Shown piece by piece: positions 47,898 to 58,650 of a stretch of 64,000 bases of DNA. The notes beneath the pieces are model-generated. The model did not search any database. It was given only the letters and a program-made list of their open reading frames with translations, and was not told where the DNA came from. How positions within the stretch are numbered: the stretch's first letter is position 1; each line of letters starts with the position of its first letter. The stretch comes from an uncultured Acidobacteriota bacterium. GTDB lineage: Bacteria > Acidobacteriota > Blastocatellia > RBC074. The translations under genes were made by a program, and so were the position numbers. The stretch spans positions 64,001 to 128,000 of the forward strand of contig CAWCKY010000007.1 in assembly GCA_963796275.1 (NCBI GenBank). Reading direction: 5' to 3'.

Positions 47898-49028
47898 ATG
47901 GCAAGTAAAACAACAAGTTTCGGGATGGATGAGCGGCGGCGGGATACTGAAATGAGGTTGCGGGAGAGGGAAGAGGGTTTGAACTCGGCCTCTGATAACG
48001 CGCCCATCAGAGAAGAGGTCCCGCACTCCCACGGTTTTGACCAGATCATTGGGAAGAGTAAGGTTCTCAAAGAGGTATTGCAGGGGGCACAGCAGGCGGC
48101 GCCCACCGACACTACCATACTCATCCTCGGCGAAACCGGGACAGGAAAAGAGCTCTTAGCCCAAGCTATCCATTCGATCAGCTTGCTCCGCGATCGCCAG
48201 CTGGTCAAAGTCGGCTGCGCCACACTGCTCCCGACCTTGATTGAGAGCGAGTTATTCGGGCATGAAAAGGGAGCCTTCACTGGTGCTAACGCCAGCCGCA
48301 TTGGCCGCTTTGAACTGGCAAACGAGGGGGCGATCTTTCTGGACGAGATTGGGGAACTGCCGCCGGAGTTGCAGGCTAAACTATTGCGAGTACTCCAGGA
48401 GGGAGAGTTCGAGCGCCTGGGCTCGAGCCGGACAATCAAAGTTGATGTGCGGGTCATCGCAGCAACCAACCACGACCTGAAAGAGGCTGTGCGGCGGGAG
48501 AAATTCCGTACCGACCTTTTCTACCGTTTGAGCGTGTTCCCGATTCGGATGCCCGCTTTGCGGGAGCGACGGGAAGACATACCACTCCTCACACACTTTT
48601 TCATAGAGCAAGCCAGTGAGCGCATGGGAAAGCCCATCGAAGAGGTCTCGCAAGAGGCGCTGGAGGCTATGGAGAAGTACCACTGGCCTGGGAATGTTCG
48701 AGAACTGAAGAATGTCATCGAACGAGCGGTGATCATCACACCTGATGGTAGGCTGCGATTGCTGGATAGTCTACGAGTGAATCAGGAGATGGAATTGGGT
48801 CTAGACCTCGTGGATAAAGATGCGGCCAGAGGACTGGACGAACGGTACACGAGGTTGGAGGCAGTCGAACGGCAGCACATCTTGCAGATGCTAGAGCATA
48901 CCTTTTGGCGGATCGAGGGGGAACAAGGCGCAGCAGCGATTCTGGGGTTGAACCCGGGAACTTTACGGTCACGAATGAAGAAATTGGGGATTCAGCGGCC
49001 CAAAATTTATGGGAGTGAATTGAGGTAA
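47898..49028 (+). CDS. Sigma-54-dependent activator (AAA+ and HTH) lacking an N-terminal sensory domain
   Basis: GETGTGKE, ESELFGHEKGAFTGA, FLDEIGE, WPGNVREL, and HTH LGLNPGTLRSRMKKLGI. Confidence 0.93.
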   Translation: MASKTTSFGMDERRRDTEMRLREREEGLNSASDNAPIREEVPHSHGFDQIIGKSKVLKEVLQGAQQAAPTDTTILILGETGTGKELLAQAIHSISLLRDRQLVKVGCATLLPTLIESELFGHEKGAFTGANASRIGRFELANEGAIFLDEIGELPPELQAKLLRVLQEGEFERLGSSRTIKVDVRVIAATNHDLKEAVRREKFRTDLFYRLSVFPIRMPALRERREDIPLLTHFFIEQASERMGKPIEEVSQEALEAMEKYHWPGNVRELKNVIERAVIITPDGRLRLLDSLRVNQEMELGLDLVDKDAARGLDERYTRLEAVERQHILQMLEHTFWRIEGEQGAAAILGLNPGTLRSRMKKLGIQRPKIYGSELR

Positions 49029-49061
49029 TTATCCAAATTTTTAGATAATCCACTCTTCCGC

Positions 49062-49092
49062 CGCCATATTTGGAGGATCACCAAATATGGCG
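49062..49092. promoter_or_regulatory. Perfect 12-bp inverted repeat (terminator or activator binding site)
   Basis: cgccatatttgg-aggatca-ccaaatatggcg, just after the first activator gene. Confidence 0.45.
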
Positions 49093-49618
49093 ATCGCTTC
49101 AAGTACTCTATTCACCTTTATCAACTGTATGCTTTTTTAAAAAGCTGTATGGATATTGGTTAGCAGACCTATATCAAGGATGGGATCTGTTCGACACATA
49201 AGCGGCACATGAGTTGAGTTACTTAAGATGATGACAAAATCAAAAAGATTGCCACTTTCGAGGAGAAAATTATACGGCAAAAGCGCAAGAGAAATAAGAA
49301 CCTAAATAAGCTCTATCTTAGTACATACAAGTGATTCGGGCGATTCACATCGATGCAACCAAAACTGATGTGAAAGCGGTCATACTCCCCAGTGTTACCG
49401 CGCTGACCAGAAGGATGGATGGGTTTCCTACACTCATTCCTCGACTGAGTTCGCTTTCGCATGATCTTCCTCCCTAATGGCCAGGACACCCGTGCCTGGC
49501 GATCACTTACATCATAACAAGATAGAACCACCAGCTAACCGGCCGAATCGTTCGGCACGGTTACGGTAGAGCTCTCGTCAGGAACCATTGCTGAAGAGGT
49601 GTAGGAGAGGAGGAGATC

Positions 49619-51355
49619 ATGTATATTTCAGGAATTACTGAAATCAGTGAAAATCCACAATTCGAACAAACCCAACAAAAGAACGTAAAGCTATCCGGTG
49701 AGGGCGTGAAGCTAGCCACCGCCGGAAGGGAATTCATCGGCCCGCATTTTCTGATGCGGCAGCTCAACCCGGCTCTCAATTATCAGCGCGACGATAACCA
49801 GCCGGATGTTGAAGCGCTGCGCGAGCCTATCAATCATAATCATTACAATGTAGACATCAGTTACCGGGAACTCATCGAGCGCGAGCTGACCGAGGACGCT
49901 CTGTCCGATGGCGAACAACGCTATCGCCACTTGATCGACGCCGCCCCGGTGATGGTCTGGATGTCGAGTACCGACGGCCTTTGCACGGACTTCAACCAAC
50001 CCTGGCTGGAATTCACAGGGCGCACCCTGGAGCAGGAGTTGGGTGAGGGTTGGTTGGAGGGCGTGCACGCGGAGGATAGGCAGCAATGCATCGACGATTA
50101 TCTGGCTGCCTTCCGCGAGCGCGAGAGCTTCACCCTGCAGTACCGGTTGCGGCGCGCCGACGGGGCGTACTGCTGGGTGCTCGACAACGGTGTCCCGCAT
50201 TACACGCGCGAAGGCGACTTTCTCGGTTACATCGGCTCGTGCATCGACATCACCGAGAGCAAGCACATGCAAGAGGAATTGGCCCGTGCTCTGCTCGAAG
50301 TTCGCCAGCTCAAGGAGCAACTCCACAACGAAAGCATCTACCTTCGAGATGAGGCCAATATCGCCACCCACTTCGGCCAGATCATCGGTCACGCCGAATC
50401 ACTCAAGTCGGCCCTTCTTCAGGTTGAGCAGGTCGCGGCCACCGATTCTACTGTCATCATCACCGGAGAGACCGGCACTGGCAAGGAACTCTTCGCCCAG
50501 GCCATCCACTCACTAAGCCCGCGACGCGAGCGCCCGCTGGTCAAGGTCAATTGTTCCGCGCTCCCGACCACACTGATCGAGAGCGAGCTATTCGGCCACG
50601 AGAAAGGCGCTTTCACCGGCGCGAATGCGAGGCGTATTGGCCGCTTCGAGCTGGCCCACGGCGGGACGATCTTCCTGGACGAAATCGGTGACCTTCCGCT
50701 GGAATCGCAGGCGAAGCTGCTGCGGGTGCTGCAGGAGTGGGAATTCGAACGGCTGGGATCGAACAAGACCATCAAAGTTGACGTGCGGGTGGTGGCGGCA
50801 ACCAATCAAGGTCTGGAAGAGTTGGTCCGTGAAGGGAAATTCCGGGCTGACCTCTACTTTCGGCTGAGCGTCTTCCCCATCCATCTCCCACCGTTGCGTG
50901 AGCGGCGGGAGGATATCCATGCGTTGGTTAGCTTCTTCGTGAACCAGTTCAGTCAAAAACTGGGCAAACATATCGAAATCATCACGGCTGAGGCGCTGGA
51001 GGCGCTGGAGCGCTACGCGTGGCCTGGGAACGTGCGGGAATTGAAGAACGTCCTTGAGAAGGCAGTGATCTTAAGCAATGGCGGCAAGCTGAGGCTGGCC
51101 GATGGCGTGCAGCCCATTTGGGCGGCGGAGCCCAGTGCGGAGGCGGTCATTGAGCCGAAAGCAATTGAGACGGATGCACCCCATCGTGTCGGACGGCTGG
51201 AAGAAGTGGAGCGGAAACATATCCTGGACGTGATGGAGCAGACCTACTGGCGAGTGGAAGGCGAGTACGGCGCCGCGGCGATCCTTGGTTTACGTCCCGG
51301 GACGCTGCGATCACGCATGAAGAAGCTCGGTATTCGCCGGCCATCGCGACGATAG
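49619..51355 (+). CDS. PAS-domain sigma-54-dependent activator, FhlA/HyfR-like (true start may be later)
   Basis: PAS/PAC (FNQPWLEFTG...GWLEGVHAED...YRLRRADG...GSCIDIT), GETGTGKE, GAFTGA and an HTH. Confidence 0.92.
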   Translation: MYISGITEISENPQFEQTQQKNVKLSGEGVKLATAGREFIGPHFLMRQLNPALNYQRDDNQPDVEALREPINHNHYNVDISYRELIERELTEDALSDGEQRYRHLIDAAPVMVWMSSTDGLCTDFNQPWLEFTGRTLEQELGEGWLEGVHAEDRQQCIDDYLAAFRERESFTLQYRLRRADGAYCWVLDNGVPHYTREGDFLGYIGSCIDITESKHMQEELARALLEVRQLKEQLHNESIYLRDEANIATHFGQIIGHAESLKSALLQVEQVAATDSTVIITGETGTGKELFAQAIHSLSPRRERPLVKVNCSALPTTLIESELFGHEKGAFTGANARRIGRFELAHGGTIFLDEIGDLPLESQAKLLRVLQEWEFERLGSNKTIKVDVRVVAATNQGLEELVREGKFRADLYFRLSVFPIHLPPLRERREDIHALVSFFVNQFSQKLGKHIEIITAEALEALERYAWPGNVRELKNVLEKAVILSNGGKLRLADGVQPIWAAEPSAEAVIEPKAIETDAPHRVGRLEEVERKHILDVMEQTYWRVEGEYGAAAILGLRPGTLRSRMKKLGIRRPSRR

Positions 51356-51458
51356 CAGTAGGCAGCGGCGCAAAAGGCGTATTTCGTGCTTCCCGCGTTA
51401 TGCCGCAACTTCTGTGCAATTTCAGATTACTCATTGCGCATGATCAATGATAGCCCGA

Positions 51459-51584
51459 GCAAATAGGTCATCAGTGACAAACAACAAATGGCAAATTGCA
51501 TTTGAAGACGGAGATGGCCGTGCAAATAGGTCATCAATGGCAAACGACAAATGGCAAATTGCATTTGAAGACGGAGATGGCCTG
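51459..51584. repeat. 63-bp tandem duplication containing 7-bp-period caaatgg/caaacga-type units
   Basis: gcaaataggtcatca...gcatttgaagacggagatggcc starts at 51459 and again at 51522. Confidence 0.85.
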
Positions 51585-51605
51585 AGCCTTGCAATATATC
51601 TGGTA

Positions 51606-51621
51606 TGTGGGAAACCCCACA
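51606..51621. promoter_or_regulatory. 6-4-6 inverted repeat upstream of the response regulator
   Basis: tgtggg-aaac-cccaca. Confidence 0.35.
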
Positions 51622-51869
51622 GTGTACTAATGGGAGATGCTGGTTTCCGCCGCGGCGCTGACATTCTCGTCTTTCGAGACAGGAGCCAGAGCGGTTGTGG
51701 TAGTAGTAAATGGGTACTGCCACGTCGCTTTGGGAACAGTGAGGGGCGGCCCAGGGAGCATCTCTCGTTGATCTCCATACTTTCGTTTCGGGAGAGCACA
51801 ATTTGACTTGGCGGCAGCCACGTGGGCTGCTGCCAAGACTTTTATCTGCATGTCTCAATGGAAGGAACT

Positions 51870-52510
51870 ATGAAACCAGCGCGGATCATATTGGCCGATG
51901 AGCACACCATATTGCTGGATGCCCTCAAAAATTTGCTCCAACCCGAATTCGAAGTGGTCGGAACCTTTATCGACGGGCATACATTGCTCGAGGCTGCTCC
52001 GGGGCTTAGTCCTGATGTGATTGTACTTGATATCGGAATGCCAACGATGAATGGGCTGGTTGCGGGCAAAAGGCTGAAGCAGGTGATGCCGAGGGTCAAA
52101 CTGATCTACTTGACGATGAATCAGGATCCAGATGTAACTGCCGAAGCTCTGCGCTTGGGGGCCATGGGATACATTCTCAAGAACTCCGCCGCTTCAGAAC
52201 TTATTTATGCAATACGAGAGGCGCTCCTCGGTAGAAACTATGTGACGCAACTGATGACTAAAGATATTGTCGATTCATTCATCCTGAATCATGCGCGGGG
52301 AAGGAGTCGCAACAAACTAACCATACGTCAGAAAGAGGTGCTCCAGTTATTGGCCGAAGGCCGCACGATGAAGGAGGTGGCTTACATACTCGACATCACG
52401 CCGCGGACAGTCGCTTTCCATAAGTACACCATGATGGAACAGCTTCAGATCAAGTCCAGTGCGGAATTGATCCAGTTTGCGATGAAGAGTTCGATGGTGA
52501 CCGCTCCTTA
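51870..52510 (+). CDS. NarL/LuxR-family DNA-binding response regulator
   Basis: RBS aagga before ATG 51870. REC domain (ILADEH, LDIGMP, GYILK) and LuxR HTH (LTIRQKEVLQLLAEG...TVAFHK). Confidence 0.92.
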
Positions 52511-52820
52511 AACCCCTGGTTTACCCAGAGTCTATGGCAGCCACGCTCCCACTGCATCTGTTCAGTATAAGCAGGCAGGAACCATGAACATGAAAATAAA
52601 TCACGAACAATGAACATGAAAAAGTAGAAGCATGCGCCGACCAGAAAGTCGGCCATGAGCGTGGGCGGTGAGCTCTGTGCGCCCGCCACCGCTTTTCAAG
52701 ATGACGGGAACAGCCTCCCCTACCCGCCCACGCTGCACGCTCCCCCTCCACACAATCTTGGTCATGTCATAGAGCAGTCAAGAAAGCGGAATCACAAGTC
52801 AGATTGAAGGAGATCTTCAA

Positions 52821-53849
52821 ATGAAATCTGTCATACGAAGTCTTACGATTTTCCGTATAGCGATGTTGGCGCCTATGCTATTGATCAGTCTGCACGCTCA
52901 CGCGCAGACCGACCCTCTGCCTTCATGGAACGACGGCCCGGCCAAGCAAGCGATTCTCGCGTTCGTGCGAGCGACCACCGACCAGTCGAATTCGAAGTTC
53001 GCGCCGCCTGAGGCCCGGATCGCCACCTTCGATCAAGATGGCACTCTCTGGGTCGAGCATCCGATGTATACACAGGTGATCTACTGCCTCGAGCGGGTCC
53101 AAGTGCTCGCGGAGAAGAAGCCGGAGTTGAAGAACGTCGAGCCGTTCAAGACAGTGCTCTCCGGCAATCGCGAGGCGATCGCCAGGCTCTCGATGCCGGA
53201 CCTCGAGAAGATTCTCGGCGCCACGCTCAGCGGCATGACGGTGGAGCAGTTCAGCGCCGAGGTGAAGAGCTGGCTGGCGACCGCCAGGGATCCGCGTTGG
53301 AGGCGACCCTACACCGAACTTGTTTATCAACCGATGCTGGAGCTGCTGCGTTACCTGCGCGCCAACGACTATAAGACCTACATCGTCACCGGCGGCGGCC
53401 AGGATTTCGTGCGCGTATACTCCGAGCAGGTGTACGGCGTCCCATCAGAGCATGTAATTGGTAGCGCGGGAGGAACCGCGTACGGATACGATGAAAGCGG
53501 CAAACCGACGCTCACCAAAGAGCCCAAGCTTCTGCTCAATGACGACAATGCGGGCAAGCCCGAAGGTATCCACCTCATGATCGGGCGCCGGCCGTCCGCA
53601 GCGTTCGGCAACTCGACGGGCGACCGGCAGATGCTGGAGTACACCGGGGCAGGCGACGGCGCGCGCCTGATGATGTTGGTGCTGCACGACGATGCGAAAC
53701 GCGAGTATGCCTATGGCCCAGCCCAGGGGCTGACCGACACCAAGGTCGGTGCCTTCACCCAGACCCTCTACGATGAGGCGAAGAACAAGGGCTGGACTGT
53801 GATCAGCATGAAGGACGACTGGAAGCGCATTTTCGCGTTCGAGAAATGA
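52821..53849 (+). CDS. Secreted HAD-family hydrolase (acid phosphatase-like)
   Basis: Signal peptide, FDQDGTLW, IVTGGG, GKP and FGNSTGD motifs. Confidence 0.9.
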   Translation: MKSVIRSLTIFRIAMLAPMLLISLHAHAQTDPLPSWNDGPAKQAILAFVRATTDQSNSKFAPPEARIATFDQDGTLWVEHPMYTQVIYCLERVQVLAEKKPELKNVEPFKTVLSGNREAIARLSMPDLEKILGATLSGMTVEQFSAEVKSWLATARDPRWRRPYTELVYQPMLELLRYLRANDYKTYIVTGGGQDFVRVYSEQVYGVPSEHVIGSAGGTAYGYDESGKPTLTKEPKLLLNDDNAGKPEGIHLMIGRRPSAAFGNSTGDRQMLEYTGAGDGARLMMLVLHDDAKREYAYGPAQGLTDTKVGAFTQTLYDEAKNKGWTVISMKDDWKRIFAFEK

Positions 53850-53874
53850 ACAGCGCTTTTTAGGAGGAATAAGA

Positions 53875-55443
53875 ATGTACAAAGCCGCCACCTCGATTCA
53901 TGGATCCGTGGCGCGGGTACTACTTTTGTTTGGTCTTCTGCTCCCGATAACATGCTGCAAAAAAGAACCGCCCACGGCTCCGGCTGGGGTTGTAAAAGAA
54001 TCGCCAACGGTTCCGGCTGAAGTTGTAAAAGAAACGCCAACGGCTCCGACTGGAACTGCAAGTATCCCGAAATTATCGCCAGACGACCCCCCGCCTCCAT
54101 CTGATGGCGTGCGGCTACCGCTAAACGTCGAGCGCCATACCGGAGATTTGGACGAGATGGTGAAGCGGGGTGCCATTCGTGCTCTTGTCATACTCAACCC
54201 CGTCGGCTTCTTCTACGACAGCGGTGTGCCAAGAGGCGTGATGTACGAGGCTTTGAGGGATTTCCAGAGTTTCACTAACGAGAAGTTGAAGACAGGCGCA
54301 AATAAAGTGGAGGTTACATTCCTTCCCGTCAGAATCGATCAGCTTGAGGCGGCTCTCACGGAAGGCATGGGAGACATCATCGCCTACGCGGTAACCATCA
54401 CTCCCGAGCGTGAGCGGCGTGCAGCGTTCTCGACGCCGATTGAGAAAGATGTAAGTCAGATTATCGTCACCGGGGCCAAAAACGGTGCTATCTCCACGCT
54501 CGAGGGGCTTGGCGGAAAAGAGGTCTACGTCAATCCGCTCACTGTTTATTACGAAAACTTGCAGAAGGTGAACGATTCGCTCCTAAAGTCCGGCAACGCG
54601 CCAATCGTGATCAAAGCCGCGAACGAGAACCTGTCTAACGATGATCTGATCCAGATGGTGAATGCCGGGTTGATTCCGGCAACCGTGACGACGGGAATGC
54701 GGGCTGATCTGTGGTCGAAAGTTTTGAATAACATCAAGCCACATCCTGAACTCGTGATCGCCAGCGGAGTGGAGCTTGCCTGGGTCATGCGAAAGAACAA
54801 TCCTCGACTAAAGCAAATTGTAGATGAGTATGTCGAGTCGCACGCGGCGGGGACGTCATTTGGTAATACCCTGCTTCGACGCTACCTGAAGAACACCGAC
54901 TGGGTAAAGAACTCGACCTCAAAGAAGCAGATGGAAAAGTTCCGCGCCCTGGACGCGATCTTCCAGAAGTATGCAGTGCAGTACGATTTCGACTATCTAT
55001 TGCTTGCGGCTCAGGGTTACCAGGAGTCCGGGTTGAATCAGGACATGAAGAGTCCGGGCGGTGCGGTGGGCATCATGCAGGTCATGCCGAAAGACGCCGC
55101 GGCCAGTCCAATCGATATTCCGAATGTGAGTAATGCGGCCGGCAATATCCATGCCGCCGCGAAAATGCTGCGCAACATCGCTGATACGTATTTCAATGAT
55201 CCCGATATTGATCCTCTTAACCGCGCATTGTTCGTGCTCGCCAGCTATAACGCAGGGCCGAACCGAATCGCAGGTCTTCGCAAACAGGCGAAAGAACAGG
55301 GTCTTGACCCTAATGTCTGGTTCGATAATGTCGAACTGGTAGTTGCCAAAAACATCGGACAAGTGACGGTCATGTACGTCCGCAACATCTACAAATACTA
55401 CGTCGCTTATAAGCTGGCGCTTGAGCAGGCGAAACTGAGGTAG
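53875..55443 (+). CDS. mltF: MltF-like lytic transglycosylase (SBP-like domain plus SLT domain)
   Basis: TGDLDEMVKRGAIRALV, catalytic YQESGL, GIMQVMP and SYNAGP. N-terminal 11-aa repeat x3. Confidence 0.8.
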   Translation: MYKAATSIHGSVARVLLLFGLLLPITCCKKEPPTAPAGVVKESPTVPAEVVKETPTAPTGTASIPKLSPDDPPPPSDGVRLPLNVERHTGDLDEMVKRGAIRALVILNPVGFFYDSGVPRGVMYEALRDFQSFTNEKLKTGANKVEVTFLPVRIDQLEAALTEGMGDIIAYAVTITPERERRAAFSTPIEKDVSQIIVTGAKNGAISTLEGLGGKEVYVNPLTVYYENLQKVNDSLLKSGNAPIVIKAANENLSNDDLIQMVNAGLIPATVTTGMRADLWSKVLNNIKPHPELVIASGVELAWVMRKNNPRLKQIVDEYVESHAAGTSFGNTLLRRYLKNTDWVKNSTSKKQMEKFRALDAIFQKYAVQYDFDYLLLAAQGYQESGLNQDMKSPGGAVGIMQVMPKDAAASPIDIPNVSNAAGNIHAAAKMLRNIADTYFNDPDIDPLNRALFVLASYNAGPNRIAGLRKQAKEQGLDPNVWFDNVELVVAKNIGQVTVMYVRNIYKYYVAYKLALEQAKLR

Positions 55444-55449
55444 AAATCT

Positions 55450-56718
55450 ATGGAAGCTTTAGAATTCATACGCTCGCATGCTCTGGCTCTGTCACCGCTT
55501 ACGAAGTTCGCCCTGGGAATGGCGATTATTTTCGGCGTCCCATTTCTATCGCGCCGCGTGCGGATCCCCGCGGTTGTGGGATTGTTGTTATGCGGAGTCG
55601 TGCTTGGTCCCTATGTTCTTGACTTTATGGGCACGCAGAGACCGGTCGCGGACTTTTTTGCGGGTTTGGGAATATTGCTGCTGATGTTTTTCGCCGGTCT
55701 TGAGATCGACCTCGCTCTCTTTCGCCGCTCACAGCGCAAGTCAATCCTGTTCGGCCTCATCACTACCAGTCTCCCTTTACTCCTCGGCACCGGGGTTGCC
55801 CTGTTTTTTGGCTACGGGGTCATCGCGGCGATCGTAGTGGGGTCACTACTCGCGTCACATACATTGCTCGGGCTGCCGATCCTGACACAGCTTGGCGCGC
55901 ATCGCACAGAGCCTGTGACGATCACAGTCGGCGCGACGGTTTTATCCGACACGCTGTCTCTCGTCGTTTTCGCCATGTGCGTTTCAACATATGAACGCGG
56001 CTTTTCGATGGCAAATCTCGCAGTGCAACTCATCGAGATCATAGCCATCATCCTGCTCCTACTGTTCGGTCTGGGATACGCCGGCCGCTACATCTTAAAT
56101 AAGGTGGGAGACGATGAGCAGGCGTATTTCATCTTGATGTTTGGGATTATGGCGACAGCCGCCGTCCTGGTTCAACTTATCCATCTCCCGGCTATAGTCG
56201 GAGCATTCCTTGCCGGGCTGGCGGTCAATGCGGCGGTTCAACATAAGCCGGCCAAAGAGAAGCTGGAGTTCTTTGGAAATTCCTTTTTCATCCCGATCTT
56301 CTTTGTAGTGACGGGGTTCCTGATCAATCCGATCGTATTCGTCCGAAGTATCATCGATAATTTCGCACTGGTGGCAGCCATTATCGTCGCGCTAATCGCA
56401 GGCAAATGGATAGCAGCTCAAGTTGTTGGTCGCGCATTCAACTACACTTCCGCCGAGCGTATGACGGTATGGTCGCTCACCCTGCCTCAGGTGGCTGCGA
56501 CACTTGCGGCTGCGCTTGTCGGCTTTAATACCTTTAACCCTGCGGGCGAGCGCCTGATCGATGACAGGATTCTCGATGCGGTCTTTGTCCTGATGCTGAC
56601 GACTGCCACTCTTGGACCTATTTTGACTCAGCATTATGCGCCATTGATGCTTGAATCCCGGGCCTCTAGAAGCCCTGAACGAGAGCCGCTGAAGGGCACG
56701 CCGGGAGTCGTCGGCTGA
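55450..56718 (+). CDS. Cation:proton antiporter (CPA2/KefB-like)
   Basis: About 12 TM helices, LLMFFAGLEID, LSDTLSL, IVGAFLAGL and FFIPIFFV. Confidence 0.9.
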   Translation: MEALEFIRSHALALSPLTKFALGMAIIFGVPFLSRRVRIPAVVGLLLCGVVLGPYVLDFMGTQRPVADFFAGLGILLLMFFAGLEIDLALFRRSQRKSILFGLITTSLPLLLGTGVALFFGYGVIAAIVVGSLLASHTLLGLPILTQLGAHRTEPVTITVGATVLSDTLSLVVFAMCVSTYERGFSMANLAVQLIEIIAIILLLLFGLGYAGRYILNKVGDDEQAYFILMFGIMATAAVLVQLIHLPAIVGAFLAGLAVNAAVQHKPAKEKLEFFGNSFFIPIFFVVTGFLINPIVFVRSIIDNFALVAAIIVALIAGKWIAAQVVGRAFNYTSAERMTVWSLTLPQVAATLAAALVGFNTFNPAGERLIDDRILDAVFVLMLTTATLGPILTQHYAPLMLESRASRSPEREPLKGTPGVVG

Positions 56719-57252
56719 TAGTGATAGTTTGCCTATTGGAGGGGATTGGGAGATGCGCCATGCCAATCGATGTTACCGAAGTCTCGAAGAGTCGGTGGAT
56801 GCTCTTCCTTCACACAGGGCGCAGGTGGATCCGAGCAGTAACCCGCCGTGAAGATCGCAGAACTCGAAGATATCAAGTCGAGCGTCGAGTCCTGGTACAT
56901 TTTTCTCTCTATGTCTGTAATAAGTGACAGTTCCCAATCGCTTTCTCTACCGATACACTCAGCCTGACTTCTGACGATTGTTGTGATCGCCAGCACCGAT
57001 CACATGAATGGGCGCAATCACTTTCTTGAAAAAATACGGTTGAAATCACGTTTCGCCAATAGATTCTTTTAGCTCTGCTCTCATTACGAGATCGTCCCTC
57101 TCCGGAGAATCTGGTCGAGCTCAACAAGTGAGGGCAGCGGCAAGGGCGGCAGTGGTTGGAACGTCAGATTCCCGACGCGCAGGTCGGCAGGAGAGTCATC
57201 TTCCGCATAATCTGCAACATTATTCGATCTCCAAATAAGGAGGAATGAGCAT

Positions 57253-57738
57253 ATGGCAGGCCTGGTGGTACTGAGATTTGAAACGCCCGACGGCGCCGTG
57301 AAGGGGCTCGAGATGGCGCAGAGCCTGCAGAGACAACCAGAGCTCCACATCCTCGATGCAGCGATCGTCAGCTGGCCGGAAGGAAAGAAGAGGCCGAAGA
57401 CCCGTCATCTTGGACATCCTGAAGCTCCCGGCGCTATCGACGGCGCCTTCTGGGGATTGCTGTTCGGTTTAATCTTCTTCGCGCCTTTGTACAGGATGAC
57501 GGTCGGTGCGGCGGAAGGAGCGTTGGGCGGACGCTTCAGCGACTATGGGATCGACGACGAATTCATCGACGAGGTGCGCACCAAGGTGACCGAGGGGGCC
57601 TCTGGTCTCTTCCTGCTTCTCGGAGCGGTGACGACCGACAAGGTCGTTGAGGCCTTCAAGTCGGCGCCGCATTTCGAGCCGATCGCCAGCAATCTCATCT
57701 ATGAACAGGAAGGGATGTTGAGGGAGGTGATCGCATAA
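57253..57738 (+). CDS. DUF1269-like membrane protein
   Basis: RBS aggagg, DAAIVSW, GAFWGLLFGLIFF and DYGIDDEFI. Confidence 0.85.
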   Translation: MAGLVVLRFETPDGAVKGLEMAQSLQRQPELHILDAAIVSWPEGKKRPKTRHLGHPEAPGAIDGAFWGLLFGLIFFAPLYRMTVGAAEGALGGRFSDYGIDDEFIDEVRTKVTEGASGLFLLLGAVTTDKVVEAFKSAPHFEPIASNLIYEQEGMLREVIA

Positions 57739-57785
57739 GTAGACCTCGTAACCGCTTTCAAATCGCATTCGTTCTGTGCGCGATT

Positions 57786-58277
57786 TTGTTCTATCGCGGC
57801 GGTCTCGCGCAGGCGCAAGATGTGCATTACAACTATGTTCAGGGGACTGATTTCAATCAGTACAAGACTTACAAATTGGTTGAGGTAGGTGGCGAACACC
57901 CCAATCAGATACTGGATGGGCAAATCAAACAAGCTATTGAATTGCAGTTGGCTACGAAAAGGTTGACCAAAACCGACAACGACAATTCTGATATGTATGT
58001 CACATACCAAATTGCGGTAAATCAGGAGAGAGAATGGAACGCCTATGGTACGGGAGGCGGTTGGGGCTGGGGTGGTGGTATGGCGACGTTGACCAGCTCA
58101 ACCATCGATATCGGCACCCTCGTTCTCGATATCTATGACGTGAAAGCGCAAAAACTGATCTGGCGCGGTAATGCAACCAAAACTCTGAACCCGAGCAAAA
58201 ATCCGCAGAAAAACCTGGAACGGTTGAATAAGGGCGTTGCGAAGTTGTTAAAGCTTTTCCCGCCGCCGGTTAAATGA
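57786..58277 (+). CDS. DUF4136-like secreted protein (start codon of the signal peptide not evident)
   Basis: DFNQYKTY, GTLVLDIYD...LIWRG and terminal FPP. The upstream in-frame IAFVLCAIL has no ATG. Confidence 0.8.
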   Translation: MFYRGGLAQAQDVHYNYVQGTDFNQYKTYKLVEVGGEHPNQILDGQIKQAIELQLATKRLTKTDNDNSDMYVTYQIAVNQEREWNAYGTGGGWGWGGGMATLTSSTIDIGTLVLDIYDVKAQKLIWRGNATKTLNPSKNPQKNLERLNKGVAKLLKLFPPPVK

Positions 58278-58650
58278 GGCGTGCGGGCAATTCAGAATGG
58301 GAAATTTCATTACACAAGGCACAAATGAAGTCCATCAAATGGATCAAGGACGGTGAGGATAATTTTTCTTGATCTCGGGGATTCCTCCATATGTCATAGT
58401 TTCCATAAAGTAACGCAGACCGATTGGCCTCTCCTCCCATCCATACCTTGTTGCTTACGTTGAATAAAGATTAAGCCGGCAGCATATTACACAAACCCAT
58501 CGGTGTTCGACGGGAGTGGTGTGAGTGTTGCCATAGTAAGGGGGAGGCATCCATGGAAGGGTGGCTCTCGATCGCGAATGAGTCGCCTAGGAGTAGTGGG
58601 AGAGAGAACTAACCTTTCGTTCTTTGCGCGAGCGACGCATTGAAACGATG

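Noticed and set aside
49200-49570. Sigma-54 promoters upstream of the PAS activator (cggcacatgagttga, cggcacggttacggt)
   Set aside because: The -12 GC dinucleotide is absent in both.
51459-51584. CRISPR array, or coding ORFs 51427-51858
   Set aside because: This is a whole-unit tandem duplication with no unique spacer. The overlapping ORFs simply translate the repeat.
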